DNA of 64,000 nucleotides from Polyangiales bacterium. GTDB lineage: Bacteria > Myxococcota_A > Polyangia > Polyangiales > Ga0077539. How positions within the stretch are numbered: position 1 is the stretch's first letter; each line of letters starts with the position of its first letter. The position numbers were made by a program, and so were the translations under genes. The DNA is taken from contig JBGARZ010000005.1 of the NCBI GenBank assembly GCA_044229975.1, positions 288,001-352,000 on the forward strand, given 5' to 3'. Below the pieces are notes generated by a model. That model was not told where the DNA came from. It saw nothing but the letters and a program-made list of their open reading frames with translations, and did not search any database. Below, piece after piece: positions 58,257 through 64,000 of this stretch.

Positions 58257-60260
58257 ATGGGCGATCCCCTCGTCGATGACCTCCGCGCGCGCTTCGGCGA
58301 AGACGCCGTCTCCACCGACGGCGCCGACCGCAGCGCGTATGCCCACGACCTCTGGCCGCGGCAGCTCCTGTCGACCCGCGGCAACCTCGACCGCCCGCCC
58401 GGTCCTCGCGCCATCGTGTGGCCCTCGCGCCGCGACGACCTCTCCGCGCTCGTCGGCTACGCCCGCACCCACGGCGTCGGGCTCATCCCCTTTGGGGCGG
58501 GCAGCGGCGTGGTCGGCGGCATCACCGGAACCCGCGACACCATCGCCGTCGACCTCAAGCGCCTTCGCACCCTGCACTCCGTCGACCTCACGGCGGGCAC
58601 CTGCGTGGCCGACGCGGGCATCCTCGGCACGCACCTCGAAGACCAGTTGAAGCGCCGCGGCGCCACGCTCGGTCACTTCCCGAGCTCCATCCACTGCTCC
58701 ACGCTCGGCGGCTGGATCGTCACCCGCGGCGCGGGCCAGTGCTCCGGCCGCTACGGCAAGATCGAGGACATGACCCTCGCGATGGAGGGTGTTCTTGGTA
58801 ACGGCGAGCCCTTCACGCTCGATGCGCCGCGCGACGGCCGCGCCGACCTGCGCGAGCTCATGGTCGGCAGCGAAGGGCTCTTCGGCTTCGTCACGCGCGC
58901 CACCATGCGGGTGTGGCCCGCGCCCACCGACCACCGCGGCCGCGGCTTCACCTTCGGCACCATGCGCGAGGCGTGGGAAGCCATCCGCGCGATGTTTCAA
59001 GCGGGTCTGCGGCCCGCCGTCGCGCGGCTCTACGACCCCATCGACACGTACATCTTCCTCCAGGGCGCGACCTCTCCCTCGACGCACGCCCCGAAGACCC
59101 CCGAGCGCCCGTCGCCCGCCGCCGAGTGGCTGCTGCGTCGCGTGCTCGACGTGCCGCGCGCGGTCAACGCCCTGGCCGACCTTGCCAGCACCCGCGTGTA
59201 CACGCGCTCGTTGCTCATCGTGATCTTCGAGGGCGACGGCGACGACCCGCAGGCCGAGGCGCTCGCCCGCGCCACCTCGATCTGCATGGGAGGCGGAGCG
59301 CGCGACGAGGGCGATGGGCCGGTGCACCGCTGGCTCGCGCGGCGCCACGCGGTGAGCTACCGGCAACCGCCGACCTACGCGCGCGGGCTCTGGGTCGACA
59401 CCATGGAGGTCGCGGCACCGTGGTCGCGCCTCGAAGCGCTCTATGACCAGGTGCACGCGGCGCTCTCGCACGGCGGGCTCGTGATGGCCCACATGAGCCA
59501 CGCGTACCCCGACGGCTGCTCCATCTACTTCACCTTCGCGGGCGCGTCGCCCGACGACGCCACGGCGCGCGAGACCTATGACACCACCTGGGCGCTCGCC
59601 CTCCGCGCCGCCCACGCCGCCGGCGGAACCATCGCCCACCACCACGGCGTCGGCCGCTCCAAGCGCGGCGCGATGGCCCTGGAGTGGGGCGCCGGCCTGC
59701 GCTGGATCGACGCCCTCCGCCGCGCCGCCGACCCCGACGGGGTGCTCGCGGGCGGCCCGTTGATCGGCGGCGAGAGCGTTCCCGTGGAGGCGCCCGCGCC
59801 GGTGACGAGCGTTCGGGTGGACGTCGCCTCTCGACTCGTGGAGGCGCCAGTGAGCGCGACCGTCGGTGAGGTGCGATCGCTGGCCGCGGCGCACGGTCTC
59901 ACGCTCGACGGTGACGCCGACGAGACGCTGGCCGCCTGGGCGCGACGCTCGCTCGCGGCTTCGTTGCGCACGCCGCGCGACCCGGTCGATCACCTCATCG
60001 CGGGCTGGCGCGCGACGCTCCCCGACGGCGCGGGCGCGTGGTGGCTGGCGGCGCCGCGGCGCTCGACGGGGCCCGACCCGATCTCGCTGCTCCTGCACGA
60101 CGAGCGCTTCGGCGCGGTGCAGGCGCTCGCGGTGCGCGTGCACGGCGCCGACGAGACGGGCCCTGCGCGGCGCCCGCCGGGTGTCTCCCTCGGGAGCACC
60201 GACGATGCGGCGACGACGCAGTGGGTCGACCGCGCGGCGACGTTGCTGGCGAAGCCATGA
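58257..60260 (+). CDS. Alkyl-dihydroxyacetonephosphate synthase-like FAD oxidoreductase with a C-terminal GlcE-like extension
   Basis: PFGAGSGVVGG, GHFPSS...STLGGW, S.RYGKIED, GSEG.FG, RLYD, H.SHAY.DG..IYFTF, HHHGVG. Confidence 0.85.
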   Translation: MGDPLVDDLRARFGEDAVSTDGADRSAYAHDLWPRQLLSTRGNLDRPPGPRAIVWPSRRDDLSALVGYARTHGVGLIPFGAGSGVVGGITGTRDTIAVDLKRLRTLHSVDLTAGTCVADAGILGTHLEDQLKRRGATLGHFPSSIHCSTLGGWIVTRGAGQCSGRYGKIEDMTLAMEGVLGNGEPFTLDAPRDGRADLRELMVGSEGLFGFVTRATMRVWPAPTDHRGRGFTFGTMREAWEAIRAMFQAGLRPAVARLYDPIDTYIFLQGATSPSTHAPKTPERPSPAAEWLLRRVLDVPRAVNALADLASTRVYTRSLLIVIFEGDGDDPQAEALARATSICMGGGARDEGDGPVHRWLARRHAVSYRQPPTYARGLWVDTMEVAAPWSRLEALYDQVHAALSHGGLVMAHMSHAYPDGCSIYFTFAGASPDDATARETYDTTWALALRAAHAAGGTIAHHHGVGRSKRGAMALEWGAGLRWIDALRRAADPDGVLAGGPLIGGESVPVEAPAPVTSVRVDVASRLVEAPVSATVGEVRSLAAAHGLTLDGDADETLAAWARRSLAASLRTPRDPVDHLIAGWRATLPDGAGAWWLAAPRRSTGPDPISLLLHDERFGAVQALAVRVHGADETGPARRPPGVSLGSTDDAATTQWVDRAATLLAKP

Positions 60261-61105
60261 GCACGGCGGCGGACGACGGCGAGGGCGGCGAAGCCTTCAC
60301 GCTCGTTCGGCCGGAGGGCAGAGCGCTGCCGGTGCTGGTGGAGGTTCCGCACGCGGGGCTCGCGGTGCCGGACGAGGCGCGCGCGCTGCTGACGGTGGAC
60401 GACCGCGCGGTGCTGCGCGACGCCGACGCCTGGGTGGACGGGCTCTTCCGCGACGTGGCCGCGCTGGGCGCGACGCTGCTCGCGGCGCGGTGCTCGCGCT
60501 ACGTGGTCGACCTCAACCGCGACGAGACCGACCACGACCCGGGCTCGGTGGAGGGGTCGGCCCAGCCGAAGGGCAGCGCCCCGCGCGGGGTGATCTGGCG
60601 CGAGTCGGGCGACGGGGTGGTGGCGCTGCGGCGGCCGCTGACGGCGCAGGAGTTCGCGCGGCGGGTGGCGCGCTACCACCGGCCCTACCACCGGGCGCTC
60701 GCGAGCGAGCTGGAGGCGATGCAGGAGCGGCACGGTCGGGTGGTGCTGCTCTGCGCGCACTCGATGCCCTCGACGGGTCGCGCGCAGCTCGGGCAGGCGC
60801 CGCGGCGACGGGCCGACGTGGTGCCCGGGACGCGCGGGCGCAGCACGGCGGGCGCGGCGCTCATCGACGCGGTCGACCTGCACTTCCGCAGCGCGGGCTT
60901 GAGCGTGCGGCACGATGATCCGTACCGCGGCGGCGCGACGACGCTGCGCTACGGGCGGCCGGGCGCCGAGGTGCACGCGATACAGGTGGAGCTCAACCGC
61001 GACCTCTACATGGACGAGCGCACGCTCACGCCGAAGCCCGACGCGATGGCGTGGTTGCGAACGCTCTGCCACGCGCTGGTGCCGCGCCTCGCCGACGCGC
61101 TGTGA
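60257..61105 (+). CDS. N-formylglutamate amidohydrolase family protein
   Basis: VPHAG, DAWVD.L, SRYVVDLNR, Y.RPYH, HSMPS, PY.GG, HAIQVELNR.LYMDE; ATGA coupling. Confidence 0.92.
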   Translation: MSTAADDGEGGEAFTLVRPEGRALPVLVEVPHAGLAVPDEARALLTVDDRAVLRDADAWVDGLFRDVAALGATLLAARCSRYVVDLNRDETDHDPGSVEGSAQPKGSAPRGVIWRESGDGVVALRRPLTAQEFARRVARYHRPYHRALASELEAMQERHGRVVLLCAHSMPSTGRAQLGQAPRRRADVVPGTRGRSTAGAALIDAVDLHFRSAGLSVRHDDPYRGGATTLRYGRPGAEVHAIQVELNRDLYMDERTLTPKPDAMAWLRTLCHALVPRLADAL

Positions 61106-61110
61106 TGGGC

Positions 61111-61713
61111 CTACAGCGCCCAGAGCGCGGCGAGGTCGAGCGCCGCGGCGTCGAAGGGCTCCGCGCGGACGACCGCGTCGCCTGAAAAGATGCCGATGAG
61201 CAGCCACCCCAGGTCGTGTCGTCGGAACACCTCCAGCGTGCGCAGCGCCGGATCGATGAGCCAGGCGTGCCCGACCGACTCACGGCGGTAGATCGGGAGC
61301 TTGCGTTCGCGATCGACGCCGGCGGTCGAAGACGACAACACCTCGCACACCCAGTCTGGCGCGAGGGTCAGCTCGTCGCTCTCGTCGAGGAAGCCGTCGG
61401 TCACGCGTTCGCGGCGCCAACCCGCGAGGTCGGGGATGAGAATGTCGGGCGTCGGCCCGAGGTGCAGTTCGGGCTCCGGCAAGAACACCCACCCGCCCGG
61501 TCCGTCACGACCGCGGTCAAAGGGGCCATCGAGCTCGGCGCCGAGGCGCCCCGCCGATCGCGCGTGTCGTCGGCGCGGCCGGGGCATGAGTGAGAGCTGG
61601 CCGCCGAGCACCTCGGCGACCATGGACTGCGGCGCGTTGCGGTAGCCCGCGACCACGTCCGGCGCGAGGTTCGGAAACTGGGGGTCGAGGGTGCGCGCCG
61701 CGTCGCCTGACAT
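61111..61713 (-). CDS. Uma2 family (PD-(D/E)xK) endonuclease
   Basis: EPELHL, PDLAGWRRER, PDWVCEVLS.ST, K..IY, WLIDP. Confidence 0.92.
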   Translation of the reverse strand: MSGDAARTLDPQFPNLAPDVVAGYRNAPQSMVAEVLGGQLSLMPRPRRRHARSAGRLGAELDGPFDRGRDGPGGWVFLPEPELHLGPTPDILIPDLAGWRRERVTDGFLDESDELTLAPDWVCEVLSSSTAGVDRERKLPIYRRESVGHAWLIDPALRTLEVFRRHDLGWLLIGIFSGDAVVRAEPFDAAALDLAALWAL

Positions 61714-61760
61714 GCCGAGACGCTACCACCGCGCGGTCGGCGACGCGCCGTTGCGCGGCT

Positions 61761-63998
61761 CTACATGCAGACGTTGGCCGCGCCGGGTGTGCCGTGGTCG
61801 CCGCGCCCGAAGGTGGGGCCCCCCGCACACCACGATGCGGGCAGGTCGTTCATCGTCGCGTCGAGGATCGTCGGCCGCAGCGACTTCGATCGCCCCGCCG
61901 TGATGGGCCATCCCGCGGCGGCGCTGTTCTGGTACGTCACGCTGTCGATCACCGTCGTCCCGTCGCTGGCGAGGAGCGTGATGCTGTCGGGCGTCGCGGC
62001 GCCGTTGCCGAGGTCCATCGCGGAGCCGTACGCGTAGAGCACCGTGACGCCGCCGTTGACGGCCATGTCGGCGTTCTTCGCGAGCACCGCGTACCCGCGA
62101 GCAGCCACCATCAGCGGGGTCATCGACGTGATGGTGAACATCTCCGTCCCGCTCCCGCGCACCCGCATCCCGCGCAGGTCGACGGCCGTGTCCGACGGGT
62201 TGTAGACCTCGAACCACTCGCCCAGCGCGTCGGTCACCGCGTCGGGGTCGTTCATGATCTCGGTGATCACCAGCGTCCCGGTCATCGGGCCCGGCATGCC
62301 GAGGTCGGTCGGAACGACATCGCGACCACCCGCATCCACGCCCGCATCCACAGGAGTCCCCGCGTCTGGAACGCCCGCGTCCATCGGCGTCGCCGTGATG
62401 GCGCAGGCGTTCGATCCGTCCTGGCGCACGCACGGCATCGCGTCGCACACGTCACCCATCCCGTCGCCGTCGGCGTCGTCCTGGGTCGGGTTGAGATCGA
62501 ACGGCGGGTTGAAGATGCGCGGGCAGTTGTCCTGCGCGTTGGCCACCCCGTCGCCATCGTCGTCCGTCCCTGTCACCGGCGCGCCCGACACCGCGGGGAT
62601 CATCCCGCCGCCCGTCGCCCGTCGCGCGATCGCGGGGTGACCGAAGTCGCACCGATCGAGCTCCGCCGACCCGCAACGAAACAGCGGGAAGAGCTCATAC
62701 GCGTAGCAGTAATCCCCTGCCCCGGCGCCCGCGCACATCGCGTCGGCTGCGCGCGCCATGTCGAGCGCACCTCCGATCGCCCCGCGAAGTCCCGCGAGGT
62801 CGGACGGAACCGCGCAGACCACCTTCCGCACGCCGCACACGCCCGACATCCCGCCCGGCGACATGCCCTCGGGGACGGCCATGCAGCCCATCCCCGACAC
62901 CACCGTTCCCGCGAGCAGCGGCGCATCTCCGTAGATGGCCTTGCCCCCCACGATGACCAATCGGACGTCCTGCGCGCGGGCGTCGAGCAGCGCCCGGTAG
63001 GGGCGCGTCCGGTTGCCCGCGAAGACCGCGAGGTCGGCGAGGTAGTCGGGGGCGATGCGGCCGAGCAGGTCGTCGAGGTTGGTGGCGATGGCGCCGTTGA
63101 TGGTGGCCATCGCGACGAGCTCGACGTCGGTGAAGGTGCGGTCGTAGTAGCGCTCGTTGAGGTGCGCGGCGCACTGGAGCTCGCCGAGCATGTTCATGCT
63201 GCCCGACGGGGTCCAGTCGACGCCGAGCGCGACGGTCACGCCGAGCGCGTGCGCGGTCGTGACGTCGGCGGTCTCGCCGTAGAGGTCGATGTTGCTGCGC
63301 GGCGACCAGATGAGGTCGGCCCGCACCTGCGCCATGCGTGAGAGCTGCGCCGTCGAGCACCCGAGGCAATGCACGATGCCGGTCTTCTCGGTGATGACCC
63401 CGTTGCGATCGGCGACGTCGAACTCCGACCGCGCGTTGCCGTCGATGCCCTCGGCGATGTGCGGCAGGAAGGCGCGGTAGCGGCGGTCGGTGGTCATGCG
63501 CCCGCGCACCGACGCGAGGTGCGTGGCGGTGGTCATCTCGTTGGGCAGGCCCGTCGAGCTGGAGACGAGCACCGAGTCGATGTCGGGGTCGACGTAGGCG
63601 CCGTTGAGACCGCTGCCCGCGACGTCGAAGGAGTCGAGGTTGCGCACCCAGCTCGCGACGTTGACGTCGTCGAGGAGTGTTCCCGCAGTGCCTGACATGG
63701 CGGTGGTGCCGGCCATCGCGAGGCGCACCTCGGCGTAGCGCTGGGCGAGTCGCTGGTTGGTGCGGCTCGTCGACCCGAAGGGGCGGTGCGGGATCTTGAA
63801 GGTGTCGTAGAGCGGCTCGTGGTTGCGCCACGTGTTGCGGTTGTCGTAGCGGGCCGTGTGCCGAAACACCGGCATGTGGTTGTAGTCCGCGTGCTGGTGC
63901 GGATCGATCAGCCCCGGGAAGATCACCCCATCAGAGCACACCACCTGCGCGCCCCGCGCGTTGGCGTGGCCACCGCAGTCGGGGCCGACGCACGCGAT
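61761..63998 (-). CDS. Metal-dependent amidohydrolase with thrombospondin type-3-like repeats and a lamin-tail domain (5' end outside the window)
   Basis: PGLIDPHQH, HIAEG, IVHC, LGVDW; DDDGDGV..DNCP..NP, QDDADGDGMGDVCD; VITEIM.DP, EWFEVYNP, GTPGAAN; frame open to the window edge. Confidence 0.88.
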   Translation of the reverse strand: MACVGPDCGGHANARGAQVVCSDGVIFPGLIDPHQHADYNHMPVFRHTARYDNRNTWRNHEPLYDTFKIPHRPFGSTSRTNQRLAQRYAEVRLAMAGTTAMSGTAGTLLDDVNVASWVRNLDSFDVAGSGLNGAYVDPDIDSVLVSSSTGLPNEMTTATHLASVRGRMTTDRRYRAFLPHIAEGIDGNARSEFDVADRNGVITEKTGIVHCLGCSTAQLSRMAQVRADLIWSPRSNIDLYGETADVTTAHALGVTVALGVDWTPSGSMNMLGELQCAAHLNERYYDRTFTDVELVAMATINGAIATNLDDLLGRIAPDYLADLAVFAGNRTRPYRALLDARAQDVRLVIVGGKAIYGDAPLLAGTVVSGMGCMAVPEGMSPGGMSGVCGVRKVVCAVPSDLAGLRGAIGGALDMARAADAMCAGAGAGDYCYAYELFPLFRCGSAELDRCDFGHPAIARRATGGGMIPAVSGAPVTGTDDDGDGVANAQDNCPRIFNPPFDLNPTQDDADGDGMGDVCDAMPCVRQDGSNACAITATPMDAGVPDAGTPVDAGVDAGGRDVVPTDLGMPGPMTGTLVITEIMNDPDAVTDALGEWFEVYNPSDTAVDLRGMRVRGSGTEMFTITSMTPLMVAARGYAVLAKNADMAVNGGVTVLYAYGSAMDLGNGAATPDSITLLASDGTTVIDSVTYQNSAAAGWPITAGRSKSLRPTILDATMNDLPASWCAGGPTFGRGDHGTPGAANVCM

Positions 63999-64000
63999 GA

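Noticed and set aside
61111..61713. Uma2 endonuclease as a restriction or defence system
   Set aside because: Solitary member of a family commonly expanded in myxobacteria; no methylase or partner gene

Overview
Very GC-rich bacterial chromosomal DNA with about 52 genes. The gene repertoire points to Myxococcota, probably Polyangia-like (inference): many lipoproteins with acidic DAG/DVP linkers, an RCC1 protein, a ferritin-like protein, Uma2, a stand-alone M17 N-terminal domain and sigma-54 systems. Left to right the window holds: the ribD-ribE-ribB(X)-ribH-nusB operon; a GxGYxYP-type lipoprotein; an unannotated coupled wHTH / unknown / PIN-domain cassette; a histidine kinase converging on a sigma-54-type czcB-czcA-czcC efflux operon that also carries a phage-type GH24 lysozyme and an NtrC-family regulator; an abm-like aromatic CoA catabolism operon; a stand-alone Cys-free rpsD with a structured leader; GST/DLH/cupin/GlxA genes; an L,D-transpeptidase; a penicillin-acylase-family lipoprotein; a soluble-adenylyl-cyclase-like STAND protein followed by three homologous flavoprotein units (two fused, one convergent); a truncated sanA; an alkyl-DHAP-synthase-like gene; and a partial amidohydrolase-LTD gene. 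Four long palindromes are present, one of them read in frame in the 5' end of the TolC gene. I saw no rRNA, tRNA, CRISPR array, transposase or integrase. The best candidates for undescribed systems are the cyclase-STAND plus triple flavoprotein locus (45.8-56.4 kb), the lysozyme-containing RND operon (11.0-20.1 kb) and the wHTH/unknown/PIN cassette (6.1-8.2 kb). All calls come from motif recognition by eye; no searches were run.
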